Shown: in pieces, positions 25,333-34,792 of the stretch
How the letters are laid out: each line of letters begins with the position of its first letter
Numbering within the stretch: position 1 is the stretch's first letter
Translations under genes and position numbers: made by a program
From: Sphingomonas sp. MMS24-J13
GTDB lineage: Bacteria > Pseudomonadota > Alphaproteobacteria > Sphingomonadales > Sphingomonadaceae
Direction: 5' to 3'
Assembly (NCBI RefSeq): GCF_044905095.1
Contig: NZ_CP173258.1
Coordinates: forward strand, 2,931,277 to 2,995,276
DNA length: 64,000 nucleotides
Notes under the pieces: model-generated
Told to the model about the DNA's origin: nothing
The model's database searches: none
The model's input: only the letters and a program-made list of their open reading frames with translations

Positions 25333-27313
25333 TCTCAGTCCGGCAAGCAGCAACGACCAGATCCGCGCGATCCTCGCGGCGGCAGGGGCGAGCGGCACCT
25401 GGGACTGGGATATCAAAAGCGGCACCGTCTGCGTCGATGCGCGCTTCGCCGACCTTTATGGCCTGGCCGAGGATGAGGCCGGCATCCCATTGCCGACGCG
25501 GACCTTTTTCAAGGCGATCCACCCCGACGATCAGGCGCGGATCCGGATCGCCGTCGCAGGCATGACTGCGGGCGCAGAGCACTTTTCCAAGGAATTCCGT
25601 GTGGTTACGTCCGAAGGCGTAATCCTGTGGGTCCACGGGCGGGGCCAGACCCATTTCGACGAGGCCGACCAGCCCGATCATTTCACCGGGCTGCTGGTCG
25701 ACGTCACCGAACGTAAACGCACCGAGGAACGCCTGCGCATTGCGCAGAGCGCCGGCGGGGTCGGCACCTTCGAATATTCCGACGGCTTCGCCACGGCGAC
25801 CGTCTCGTCAGAGTTCTGCCGGTTGCTCGGCCTGCACCCCGCCCGGATCCTGCCGGTCCGCACGATCAATGCGGTGCTGAAATCGGGCGAACAGGGCCTG
25901 TTGATTCCCGACTCGCACCGCGGGGATCCGCCCGCTACGCTCGACGCGACCTTTTGCGTCATGCGGAACGACGATGGCGCGCAACGCTGGATCGCACGGC
26001 GCGGCGAGATCATGCGCGATGGCGACGGCGGCTACCGCCTGATCGGCGTGATCTACGACGTTACGGCCTCCAAGGCGCAGGAAGCCGCTCTGGTCGAGCT
26101 CAACGAGACGCTCGAGACACGGATCGAAACCGCGATCGCCGATCGCCAGCAGGCGGAGGATGCGCTGCGTCAGGCGCAGAAGATGGAGGCGGTCGGCAAC
26201 CTCACCGGCGGCATCGCACACGATTTCAACAATCTGCTGACGATCATCATCGGCAATATCGACACGGTCTCGCGCCGGCTGAGCGCCGATTCCGAAGCCG
26301 ATCCCCGCGCGCGGCGCGCACTGGAAAATGCGCTGAAGGGTGCCGAGCGCGCCGCTGCGCTGACGCAGCGCCTCCTCGCTTTCTCGCGCCGCCAGCCGCT
26401 GGCACCCAAGGCGATCGACGTCGCGCGTTTGCTGGCGGGCATGTCCGATCTGCTGACCCGATCGATCACCGAGACGATCGCGATCCAGATGCTGGCGCCT
26501 TCGGATCTGTGGACGGTCGAAGCCGATCCCAACCAGCTCGAAAATGTCATCCTCAACCTCGCGGTGAATGCGAGGGACGCGATGCCCGACGGTGGACAGC
26601 TAACGATCGAGGCCAGGAACGTCACGATCGGTGCCGGCCAGCTCCGCGACGTGCCCGCCGGCGCCTATGTCGTCGTTTCAGTCTGCGACAACGGCATGGG
26701 GATGGCGCCCGAAACCGTCGCGAAGGTGTTCGATCCCTTCTTCACCACCAAGGAGGTTGGCAAAGGTACCGGGCTCGGACTGTCGATGGTCTATGGCTTC
26801 GCCAAGCAATCGGGCGGGCATATCCACATCGAGTCCGCACTGGGCGCCGGTACGACGATGTCGCTTTATCTGCCGCGCCAGCACGGCACCGAAGATCCGA
26901 TCGAGCTGGAGACTGCTACGGCCGAGCCGGGGCATCATTCCGAAACGGTGCTGGTTGTCGAGGATGACGAGGACGTGCGCGCCTATACGGCCGGCATACT
27001 GCGCGAGCTCGGCTACCGCGTGATCGAGGCCTATGACGGCGCCTCGGCGCTTCGGACCCTGGAGCGTGCCGATCAGCCGATCCATCTGCTCCTGACCGAC
27101 GTGGTGATGCCCAACATGTCGGGCAGCGAACTCGCCGATGCTGCCCGGCGCCTCCGATCCGACCTGAGGGTGCTCTTCATCTCCGGCTACACCCGCGACG
27201 CGATCGTCCGGGACGGCCGGCTGGAGCCCGGCGTCGATCTGCTCTCCAAGCCCTTCACCTACACGACATTGTCGAAGAAGTTGCGCGACGTGTTGGATCG
27301 AGAGACCGACTGA
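25325..27313 (+). CDS. PAS-containing hybrid sensor histidine kinase / response regulator
   Basis: Two PAS-like regions, HisKA (IAHDFNNLLTII), HATPase_c (GTGLGLSMV), and a C-terminal REC (LLLTDVVMPNMSG). 8-nt overlap with cheC. Confidence 0.85.
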   Translation: MADLSPASSNDQIRAILAAAGASGTWDWDIKSGTVCVDARFADLYGLAEDEAGIPLPTRTFFKAIHPDDQARIRIAVAGMTAGAEHFSKEFRVVTSEGVILWVHGRGQTHFDEADQPDHFTGLLVDVTERKRTEERLRIAQSAGGVGTFEYSDGFATATVSSEFCRLLGLHPARILPVRTINAVLKSGEQGLLIPDSHRGDPPATLDATFCVMRNDDGAQRWIARRGEIMRDGDGGYRLIGVIYDVTASKAQEAALVELNETLETRIETAIADRQQAEDALRQAQKMEAVGNLTGGIAHDFNNLLTIIIGNIDTVSRRLSADSEADPRARRALENALKGAERAAALTQRLLAFSRRQPLAPKAIDVARLLAGMSDLLTRSITETIAIQMLAPSDLWTVEADPNQLENVILNLAVNARDAMPDGGQLTIEARNVTIGAGQLRDVPAGAYVVVSVCDNGMGMAPETVAKVFDPFFTTKEVGKGTGLGLSMVYGFAKQSGGHIHIESALGAGTTMSLYLPRQHGTEDPIELETATAEPGHHSETVLVVEDDEDVRAYTAGILRELGYRVIEAYDGASALRTLERADQPIHLLLTDVVMPNMSGSELADAARRLRSDLRVLFISGYTRDAIVRDGRLEPGVDLLSKPFTYTTLSKKLRDVLDRETD

Positions 27314-27361
27314 TCCCACCGCCGGCCGCGCCATCGCCGGCCGCATCGCCCCGCAACAATG

Positions 27362-27412
27362 CTGTCATGCGATTCGCTTAACCAAAAGCGAAAGCGACAT
27401 GACAGGGGCTGA
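27362..27412. promoter_or_regulatory. Imperfect ~50-bp palindrome (ctgtcatgcgattcgctt...aagcgaaagcgacatgacag) spanning the annotated pit start codon
   Basis: Inverted repeat visible directly. It contains a CTGTCAT Pho-box-like half-site and overlaps ATG 27399, so the true start may be ATG 27417 or later. Confidence 0.35.
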
Positions 27413-29021
27413 TTTAATGAACGCGACTATTGCCATGTCTCCGCGGGCGACCCGCCCGGAGATGGACAAGGGGTTGGGCAAGGCCGGAATGCTGGGCTTC
27501 GGCGCAGCGGTGATCGCGGCGATCCTGTACGTGGCGTACAGCGTCTATATCGATGCGAGCGCGGCCGGCGTGCATGCCTCGGCCTATCTGCCCTTCTTCC
27601 TGCTGTTCGTGGCGCTGCTGATCGCGCTCGGCTTCGAGTTCGTGAACGGCTTTCACGACACCGCCAATGCCGTCGCGACGGTGATCTACACCAACGCGCT
27701 GCCGGCCAATGTCGCGGTCGTGTGGTCGGGCTTCTTCAACTTCCTCGGCGTGCTGCTCTCCACTGGCGCGGTCGCGTTCGGCATCGTCTCGCTGCTGCCG
27801 GTCGAGCTGATCCTGCAGGTCGGCTCGCATGCCGGCTTCGCGATGGTGTTCGCCTTGCTGATCGCGGCGATCCTGTGGAACCTCGCCACCTGGTGGCTCG
27901 GTATCCCTTCCTCCAGCTCGCACACATTGATCGGGTCGATCATCGGTGTCGGCGTCGCCAACGCGCTGCTGCACGGCAAAAGCGGCACGGCGGGCGTCGA
28001 CTGGGGCAAGGCCACCGAAATCGGCCAGGCGCTTCTGCTTTCCCCGCTCGTCGGCTTCGGCCTCGCCGCGCTCTTGTTCATCGCGATGAAACTGCTCGTC
28101 AAACGGCAGGACCTTTACAGCGAGCCCAAGGACGGCCTGCCCCCGCCGCTGTGGATCCGCGCTTTGCTGATCTTCACCTGCACCGGCGTGAGCTTCGCGC
28201 ACGGATCGAACGACGGGCAGAAGGGCATGGGCCTGATCATGCTGATCCTGATCGGCACCGTGCCCACCGCTTATGCGCTCAACCGCGCCGTGCCCGAGAA
28301 ATATGCCGTCGAATTCCACATGAATTCGGCCGCCGCCGCCAGCGCGCTGGGCCAGACTCCGCCCGCCGGCGAAACCGCCGCCGAGGCGCGCAGGCAGGTG
28401 ACCACCTATATCGCCGACAAGCATTTCGCGCCGGCGACCCTCCCCGCATTGTCGGTGCTGATCGGCGACGTCGACAAGCAGGTGCGCGAATATGGCTCGC
28501 TCGCGAACGTTCCGCAGGCCGCGGTCAACAACATGCGCAACGACATGTATCTCGCCTCCGAGGCGATCAAGCGCCTGGGCAAGGACAAAGCCGCGAACCT
28601 GTCGGACGCGAGCATCAAGTCGCTCAATACCTACAAGAAGTCGCTCGATGCAGCGACGCGCTTCATCCCGACCTGGGTCAAGATCGCGGTCGCCTTCGCG
28701 CTCGGCCTCGGCACGATGGTCGGCTGGAAGCGGATCGTCGTCACCGTCGGCGAGAAGATCGGCAAGACCCACCTCACCTATGCGCAGGGCGTGTCGGCCG
28801 AGCTGGTGGCGATGGGCACGATCTTCGCTGCCGACAATCTCGGCCTGCCGGTCTCGACCACCCATGTGCTGTCGTCGGGTGTCGCGGGTACGATGGCCGC
28901 CAACGGTTCGGGGCTGCAGATGAGCACGTTGCGCAACATGCTGATGGCGTGGGTGCTGACCCTGCCCGTCTCGATCGTGCTGGCGGGCGTGCTTTACACG
29001 GTGTTCTCGCAAATCTTCTGA
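27399..29021 (+). CDS. pit: Inorganic phosphate transporter, PiT family (long form with large central loop)
   Basis: GFHDTANAVATVIYT and C-terminal repeat GSNDGQKGMGLI signatures. ~130-aa hydrophilic loop in the middle. Start uncertain (27399 / 27417 / 27489). Confidence 0.8.
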   Translation: MTGADLMNATIAMSPRATRPEMDKGLGKAGMLGFGAAVIAAILYVAYSVYIDASAAGVHASAYLPFFLLFVALLIALGFEFVNGFHDTANAVATVIYTNALPANVAVVWSGFFNFLGVLLSTGAVAFGIVSLLPVELILQVGSHAGFAMVFALLIAAILWNLATWWLGIPSSSSHTLIGSIIGVGVANALLHGKSGTAGVDWGKATEIGQALLLSPLVGFGLAALLFIAMKLLVKRQDLYSEPKDGLPPPLWIRALLIFTCTGVSFAHGSNDGQKGMGLIMLILIGTVPTAYALNRAVPEKYAVEFHMNSAAAASALGQTPPAGETAAEARRQVTTYIADKHFAPATLPALSVLIGDVDKQVREYGSLANVPQAAVNNMRNDMYLASEAIKRLGKDKAANLSDASIKSLNTYKKSLDAATRFIPTWVKIAVAFALGLGTMVGWKRIVVTVGEKIGKTHLTYAQGVSAELVAMGTIFAADNLGLPVSTTHVLSSGVAGTMAANGSGLQMSTLRNMLMAWVLTLPVSIVLAGVLYTVFSQIF

Positions 29022-29106
29022 GCGAAGCCGCAACGTTAAAGTTCGGCCCCGCGCCCGAACCGGGCGCGGGGCCGAATTCATTTTGGCGCCACCGTCCCAC
29101 CAAAGC

Positions 29107-29198
29107 GTCGCCCCTGCGAAGGCAGGGGCCCATGTCTCTCGTTACCAGCGGCATCGTCTGTGGATGGAGAGATCGGCCCCTGCCTTCGCAGGGGCGAC
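29107..29198. repeat. Palindromic MITE-like element, family B, second copy
   Basis: TIRs gtcgcccctgcgaaggcaggggccc / ggcccctgccttcgcaggggcgac match the copy at 14982..15073. Six-frame ORFs over both copies give the same MGPCLRRGD peptide. Confidence 0.7.
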
Positions 29199-29248
29199 GG
29201 ACGAGGACTGGGGAGGACCGGTTTAGCCGCCGACTCGGCAGGCCCGGA

Positions 29249-30175
29249 TCAATACCGATCGGGCACGTACATCTCGTCCGGCACCGGATGACGGATATAA
29301 TCGTCGCGCCGTTCGCGATCGGGCAGGATCACCGCCGGCTTCGGAACCTCCTCATACGGAATCTGATCGAGCAGGTGGGCGATGCAATTCAGCCGCGCGC
29401 GCTTCTTGTCGACCGCCTCGACCAGCCACCACGGCGCCTCGGGGATGTGCGTGCGTTCCAGCATCGCTTCCTTGGCGCGAGTATAATCTTCCCAGCGGCG
29501 GCGCGATTCCACGTCCATCGGCGAGAGTTTCCACTGCTTGAGCGGATCGTGGATGCGCATGTTGAAGCGGAACTGCTGTTCCTCGTCGGTGATCGAGAAC
29601 CAATATTTGATCAGGATGATGCCCGAGCGGACCAGCATCCGTTCGAACTCAGGCACCGAGCGGAAAAACTCCTCGACATCGTCGTCGTTGCAGAAGCCCA
29701 TGACCCGCTCGACCCCGGCACGATTGTACCAGCTGCGATCGAACAGCACGATCTCGCCCGCCGCGGGCAGATGCGTGGCGTAACGCTGGAAATACCACTG
29801 AGTGCGCTCGCGCTCGTTGGGCGCGGGCAACGCCGCGACCCGGCAGACACGCGGGTTGAGCCGCTGGGTGATCCGCTTGATCGCGCCGCCCTTGCCGGCG
29901 GAATCGCGGCCTTCGAAGATCACGACGACCTTGAGGCCCTTGTGCTGGACCCAGTCCTGCAGCCGGACGAGCTCGTGCTGGAGGCGGAACAGCTCGCGGA
30001 AGTAGGTGCGGCGGGGAAGCTGGTCATGCTCCGGCTGATCGGCGAGGTCGCCCGCCAGTTCGTCGAGGCGGGCCTCGTCGAGTTCCATCTCGAGTTCCTC
30101 GTCGAAGCTGTCGGTGATCTCCTGCTTGATCCGGTCCATGTCGAATGCGGGGTGCGGCTCTAACGACAGGGTCAT
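29249..30175 (-). CDS. ppk2: Polyphosphate kinase 2 (PPK2, polyphosphate:nucleotide phosphotransferase)
   Basis: Walker A FEGRDSAGKGG and PPK2 motif DRSWYNRAGVERVMGF. Start refined to MTLSLEP (30175). Confidence 0.85.
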   Translation of the reverse strand: MTLSLEPHPAFDMDRIKQEITDSFDEELEMELDEARLDELAGDLADQPEHDQLPRRTYFRELFRLQHELVRLQDWVQHKGLKVVVIFEGRDSAGKGGAIKRITQRLNPRVCRVAALPAPNERERTQWYFQRYATHLPAAGEIVLFDRSWYNRAGVERVMGFCNDDDVEEFFRSVPEFERMLVRSGIILIKYWFSITDEEQQFRFNMRIHDPLKQWKLSPMDVESRRRWEDYTRAKEAMLERTHIPEAPWWLVEAVDKKRARLNCIAHLLDQIPYEEVPKPAVILPDRERRDDYIRHPVPDEMYVPDRY

Positions 30176-30241
30176 GGGCAATGCTTTCGGCTGATGGATA
30201 GGGTCAAGGCATCGCACCGGGCTGTGACACTATTCTGACGC

Positions 30242-30934
30242 ATGGCCGCGGCGGCCGCGCTGTGGCAAAGGCGCGGCATGGAAGCGGTGCGGAAGCGGCA
30301 GCGTATGATCCCGGCGTGGAAACTGGCCGGAGGCATCTTCCTGCATTTGACCGTACCGGCCTATCTGCTGACGCTGGCGGTGGTGGGAACGTCGGCCGCA
30401 CTGCACGGCCGGTCGCTCGCCGCCATGCTCGGCCAGATCGTCCATCTCTCGGGCTGGTTCCTGTTCGGCTATACGTTACTGGGCGTGGCGAGCGTCGCCG
30501 GCCTCGCGCTCGCCGAGCATGGGATCGGACGCTGGCGCGGCCGGCGCGAAACGCCGCCGACACCGCAAGCCCGACAGTCTGCCGCGCGCCTCGATCATGC
30601 CGTGGCGACCGGCCACCGCGTGCTCGCCCACGCCTCCGCGCCGGCCCTGCATGCCCTTAGCGAAACCGCTTGGGACCATGCCGATCCGCGCATTCAGGCG
30701 CTCACCGCCGATCTGGCCGAACTGTTGGATCGGACGGCAGTGGCGCTCGCCAGCGCACCGCGCGATCGTCGCGACGCAATCGCAAAACTTGGCTTGGAGT
30801 CGCTCGACCATATCGCCGCATCGTTCGCGGCACTTGCGGCAGAACGCAGCCGGCTCGACGAAGGCGATGTCCGCGTCATCGCGCGCTATGTCGAAGCCCG
30901 TTATGGCACTTCCGATTTCTCTAGCGACGGCTGA
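30242..30934 (+). CDS. Hypothetical membrane protein (2-3 TM + helical C-terminal domain), upstream partner of flotillin gene
   Basis: Hydrophobic segments LAGGIFLHLTVPAYLLTLAVVGT and LSGWFLFGYTLLGVASVAGLAL. No recognisable family. Confidence 0.4.
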   Translation: MAAAAALWQRRGMEAVRKRQRMIPAWKLAGGIFLHLTVPAYLLTLAVVGTSAALHGRSLAAMLGQIVHLSGWFLFGYTLLGVASVAGLALAEHGIGRWRGRRETPPTPQARQSAARLDHAVATGHRVLAHASAPALHALSETAWDHADPRIQALTADLAELLDRTAVALASAPRDRRDAIAKLGLESLDHIAASFAALAAERSRLDEGDVRVIARYVEARYGTSDFSSDG

Positions 30935-30973
30935 TCGACAGGCGTAAATGGTGCGCGGGCACTCACGGGGTGC

Positions 30974-32995
30974 TTGTCTAAAGGTCCGAAGGACACCTTA
31001 CCGAAAATGGATAACATGCTCGTGCTCGGCGCATCGGTCGCCGTGGCGTTTGTTGTTGTTTTTCTTTTCATTGCATCGCGCTGCGTGCGCTACGTCGGCA
31101 ACAACCGCGTTGCCGTAGTTGAGAAGATGTGGAGTCGCGGCGGCTCCATTTCCGGCGGACTGATCGCGCTGAACCGCGAGGCCGGTTATCAGCCACAAGT
31201 CTTGCGCGGCGGCTACCATTTCTTCGTGCCGTTCCAGTATCGCGTGCATACCCAGCCGCTCGTCACGATCCGCCAGGGCCAGATCGGCTACATCTTCGCG
31301 CGTGACGGCGCGCCGCTCGGGCCGACCCAGACGCTGGCGAGCAATCTGCGCACCGCCGACTTCCTCGATGTCAGTGCCTTTCTGAACGCGGGCGGCCAGA
31401 AGGGCCCGCAGCGCACGATCCTGCGCGAGGGCACCTATGCCATCAACCTCGCCCAATTCGTGATCATCACGCGCGAGCATATCTATGGCCTGATGCTCGA
31501 TCGCAACGACGAGCAGCTTTTCGCCGAGATGCAGAGCCTGATCGAGCAACGCGACGGCTTCGGCGCGGTCGTGATCAAGGATGCGTCGGATCAGATCGGC
31601 ATCGTCACCGTCCATGATGGGCCGGCCTTGACCGCCGACCACATCATCGCGCCCGAAGTCGGTATAGACCAGGCGGATTCCGCGACCTTCCACAACAGTT
31701 TCCAAGATCCCGAGAAGTTCATCGCCGCTGGTGGCCGCCGCGGCCGCCAGCTCCAGGTGCTGGTCGAGGGCAGCTATTTCATCAACCGGCTGTTCGCGAC
31801 GATCGAGATGGTCGCCAAGACGGTGATCGAGGTCGGCCATGTCGGCGTCGTCATCAGCTATACCGGCGAGGATAGCGCCGACACGTCAGGCGAGGATTAT
31901 CGTCATGGCGAACTGGTGAAGCGCGGATCGCGCGGTGTGTGGAGCGAGCCGCTTTTGCCCGGCAAATATGCATTCAACACCTATGCCGGCAAGATCGTGA
32001 TCGTGCCGACCACCAACTTCATCCTGAAGTGGGATCAGGACACGACCGGCCAGCACAAGCTCGACGAAAACCTGTCTGAAGTCTCGCTGATCACGCGCGA
32101 CGCATTCGAGCCGACCCTGCCGCTCTCGGTGGTGGTGCATATCGACTATCGCAAGGCTCCTTTGGTGATCCAGCGTTTCGGCGACATCAAGAAACTGGTC
32201 GAACAGACGCTCGATCCGATGGTCTCGGCCTATTTCAAGAACGTCGCGCAGAAGAAGACCCTGATCGAGCTGCTGCAGGAGCGCTCCGACATCCAGGAGC
32301 AGGCCGGGCACGAGATGCGGAATAAGTTCAATCTCTACAATCTTGAGCTGCAGGAGGTGCTGATCGGCACGCCGCGCGCCGCCGTCGGCAACGACCAGAT
32401 CGAGAAAGTGCTCCAGCAGTTGCGCGAACGGCAGGTCGCCGAGGAACAGGTGACGACCTACCAGAAACAGAAGATTGCGGCGGAGGGCGAGAAGGAGTTG
32501 CGCGAGGCGCAGGCGCGCGCACTCCAGCAAACCCACATAACCGAATCCGAACTGTCGATCATCGTGCAGGAGAATCAGGGCAAAGCGGCACTCAAGCGCG
32601 CCACCCAAGAAGCAGAGCAGACCCGCACGATCGCACGCGCCGAATCCGATCGCGTCCGGATCGTCGGCGAGGGAGAGGCCGCCAAGACGATTGCGCTGGC
32701 GGGCGCCGAGGCCGAACGCATCACCCGCACCGGCCTCGCCACTGCCGAGACGATCGAAAAGCAGGCTGCGGCATCGGGCGGCGCGCAATATCAGCTAACC
32801 CGCCAAGTCATCGAACGGCTGGCCGATGCGCTCGAAAAATCGGGGGTCGATATCGTGCCACGGGTGCAGATCAATACCGGTGGCGCAGCCGGCGAAGGCG
32901 GCGGCTCGCTGCAGGCGCTGATCGGGATGCTCCTGTCGGAGAAGGGCATGGGCCTGCTCAATGCGCCCGCAGCGCAGGACGAAAAGGTTGAGTAA
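30974..32995 (+). CDS. Flotillin-like SPFH/band-7 protein (YqiK/FloT type)
   Basis: N-terminal TM (MLVLGASVAVAFVVVFLFIA), SPFH domain, and a long Ala/Glu-rich coiled coil with EA-repeat region (EAQARALQQ...EAEQTRTIARAE...). Confidence 0.75.
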   Translation: MSKGPKDTLPKMDNMLVLGASVAVAFVVVFLFIASRCVRYVGNNRVAVVEKMWSRGGSISGGLIALNREAGYQPQVLRGGYHFFVPFQYRVHTQPLVTIRQGQIGYIFARDGAPLGPTQTLASNLRTADFLDVSAFLNAGGQKGPQRTILREGTYAINLAQFVIITREHIYGLMLDRNDEQLFAEMQSLIEQRDGFGAVVIKDASDQIGIVTVHDGPALTADHIIAPEVGIDQADSATFHNSFQDPEKFIAAGGRRGRQLQVLVEGSYFINRLFATIEMVAKTVIEVGHVGVVISYTGEDSADTSGEDYRHGELVKRGSRGVWSEPLLPGKYAFNTYAGKIVIVPTTNFILKWDQDTTGQHKLDENLSEVSLITRDAFEPTLPLSVVVHIDYRKAPLVIQRFGDIKKLVEQTLDPMVSAYFKNVAQKKTLIELLQERSDIQEQAGHEMRNKFNLYNLELQEVLIGTPRAAVGNDQIEKVLQQLRERQVAEEQVTTYQKQKIAAEGEKELREAQARALQQTHITESELSIIVQENQGKAALKRATQEAEQTRTIARAESDRVRIVGEGEAAKTIALAGAEAERITRTGLATAETIEKQAAASGGAQYQLTRQVIERLADALEKSGVDIVPRVQINTGGAAGEGGGSLQALIGMLLSEKGMGLLNAPAAQDEKVE

Positions 32996-33002
32996 GATTG
33001 CC

Positions 33003-33030
33003 GCCTCCCCGAGCTTGTCTCGGGGAGGAG
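33003..33030. terminator. Bidirectional intrinsic terminator hairpin cctccccgag-cttgtc-tcggggagg
   Basis: Perfect GC stem between convergent stop codons (32995 and 33033). Confidence 0.6.
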
Positions 33031-33032
33031 AC

Positions 33033-33965
33033 TTACTTCATCTCGAGCATATCGCCTTTCGCAAGCATCGCCCTCAACCCATCGGGGGTTGCCAGCCACG
33101 CCGCCGCCTGGCCATCGCCTAGTAAATTCGCGCGCCAGAACGCCGTCGTGGCGGCGATCGTGACCGCGCGGACATGCGGATCTGGCTTCATCCCATTGCG
33201 CAACGTGTCCTGCCCGTTGAACTGCATATGGTTCGCGCCATCCAGCACGAGCAGATATTTTCCGCCCGGCGGCATTGCGCGGTAGGGGCGCTGGCGATCG
33301 CCGGCACTAACCCTGCGCTGCACGGGTACCACGTCGGCAGTGCCCGTGACCGACATGAAGGGGATGCGGATGCTCCCGAACGAATCCTTGTCGTCGTTCA
33401 TGGCCGCCGGCGAGGGGCTGAACGCGATCGACGCCCTGATCCGGGGATCGGCGAATTGGGGGAACAGACCGAACGGATAATGCTGGCCCGAAACCGCCTG
33501 CGTCGTCACCGCACCGAAGCTGTGACCCGACATGCCGATCCGGCCCCGATCGATCCGGCCGAGATCGCAGGCACCCTCGCGTGGCCGGCGGAAAACCTCG
33601 TCCAGCACGAACTTCACGTCACCGGCGCGGGCGGCGAGTTGCTCGGCATTCATCGCCCGCAGGAACTGCCCGTTGAAAACGACCCCGCGATCGCTCCCCG
33701 GATGATCGATATTGATGACCGCAAGGCCGGCATCGGCCCACGCCTCGGCCCAGTCGGTACCCGAATCCAGATTGCCGTCGAGCCCATGGCTGAACAGGAC
33801 GAGCGGCACCTTGCCGTTGCCCGCAGGCATACGGATACGCACCGGCACGGGCCGATCGCCGCGCGCGGGATCGCTCCAGGTCGCATTGCAGATCTGGACC
33901 GGGGCGGCGGCGTGGACGGCCGCCGGAAACGCTAACGCAACAGCAATGATGACCGCTTTGATCAT
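33033..33965 (-). CDS. Secreted alpha/beta hydrolase (dienelactone-hydrolase / PAF-acetylhydrolase-like esterase)
   Basis: Signal peptide MIKAVIIAVALAFPAAVHA. Nucleophile elbow GMSGHSFG. The 520-aa ORF's N-terminal extension is spurious. Confidence 0.65.
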   Translation of the reverse strand: MIKAVIIAVALAFPAAVHAAAPVQICNATWSDPARGDRPVPVRIRMPAGNGKVPLVLFSHGLDGNLDSGTDWAEAWADAGLAVINIDHPGSDRGVVFNGQFLRAMNAEQLAARAGDVKFVLDEVFRRPREGACDLGRIDRGRIGMSGHSFGAVTTQAVSGQHYPFGLFPQFADPRIRASIAFSPSPAAMNDDKDSFGSIRIPFMSVTGTADVVPVQRRVSAGDRQRPYRAMPPGGKYLLVLDGANHMQFNGQDTLRNGMKPDPHVRAVTIAATTAFWRANLLGDGQAAAWLATPDGLRAMLAKGDMLEMK

Positions 33966-33976
33966 GGCCCCTCTCC

Positions 33977-34789
33977 TCAGGCCGGTGGGCCGAACGCGGC
34001 CGCGAGCCGGGCGCGGGCGCTTCTCGCTTGTTTGATCCGGTTCAAGGTCTTCGCCCACTCGCCGAATACGAGGCGAAGCGGATTGTTGGATGGCGTGCGG
34101 TCGACCAGCCCGTACCGGATCGGCTCGCCCGTCTCGTGCGCGAGGGTGCCGAACAGGCGGTCGAAGACGATCACCACCCCGCCATAATTGCGATCGAGAT
34201 AGGCCGCATTGGAGGCATGGTGCAGCCGATGATGGTGCGGGGTGTTGAATATCCATTCGAGCGGACCTAGCTTTCCGATCGCTTCGGTGTGCAGGAAGAA
34301 CTGGTAACGCAGGTCGAACGCCAGCAGGGCGATCACAAGCCGCGGATCGAACCCTGCCAGAACCAGCGGCAGATAGCAGAGCCAGCCGCCCGACAGCGTG
34401 GTCGTCCAGCCCAGCCGCAAGGAACTGAGCAGCGTCAATTGCTCGGCCGAATGGTGCACGGCGTGGGTCGCCCACATCCAAGCGACGCGATGGCTCGCGC
34501 GGTGGAACCAGTAATAAGCGAATTCGACGCAGACGAATCCTGCCGCCCAGGTGCGCCAATCGTGGAGCGGCCAGCGAACGGGGGCAAAATGCCACGCCAG
34601 CGCCATCGCCGATCCCACCACCAGCGCATTGATCGCCGCGCTGATGATGTTGCCGGCGGCGAGGCCGAGGGTGGTGAGCGCGGTGCAGCCGTCATAGCCA
34701 CGCCCGCTCCGCAGCCGCCAGACGACCTCGATCAGCACCAGCGCCAGCACGATCGCGAGCCAGACCGGCGAATGAGGGATGCGTTCCAT
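33977..34789 (-). CDS. Sterol desaturase / fatty acid hydroxylase superfamily membrane protein
   Basis: Histidine boxes HRASHRV, HAVHHS and HHHRLHH. 4 TM segments. Confidence 0.75.
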   Translation of the reverse strand: MERIPHSPVWLAIVLALVLIEVVWRLRSGRGYDGCTALTTLGLAAGNIISAAINALVVGSAMALAWHFAPVRWPLHDWRTWAAGFVCVEFAYYWFHRASHRVAWMWATHAVHHSAEQLTLLSSLRLGWTTTLSGGWLCYLPLVLAGFDPRLVIALLAFDLRYQFFLHTEAIGKLGPLEWIFNTPHHHRLHHASNAAYLDRNYGGVVIVFDRLFGTLAHETGEPIRYGLVDRTPSNNPLRLVFGEWAKTLNRIKQARSARARLAAAFGPPA

Positions 34790-34792
34790 CGC

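Noticed and set aside
33966-34595. N-terminal extension of ORF 33033..34595 (520 aa)
   Set aside because: The extension overlaps the desaturase gene in another frame and is Arg/Pro-rich nonsense. The signal peptide MIKAVIIAVALAFPAAVHA marks the true start at about 33965.
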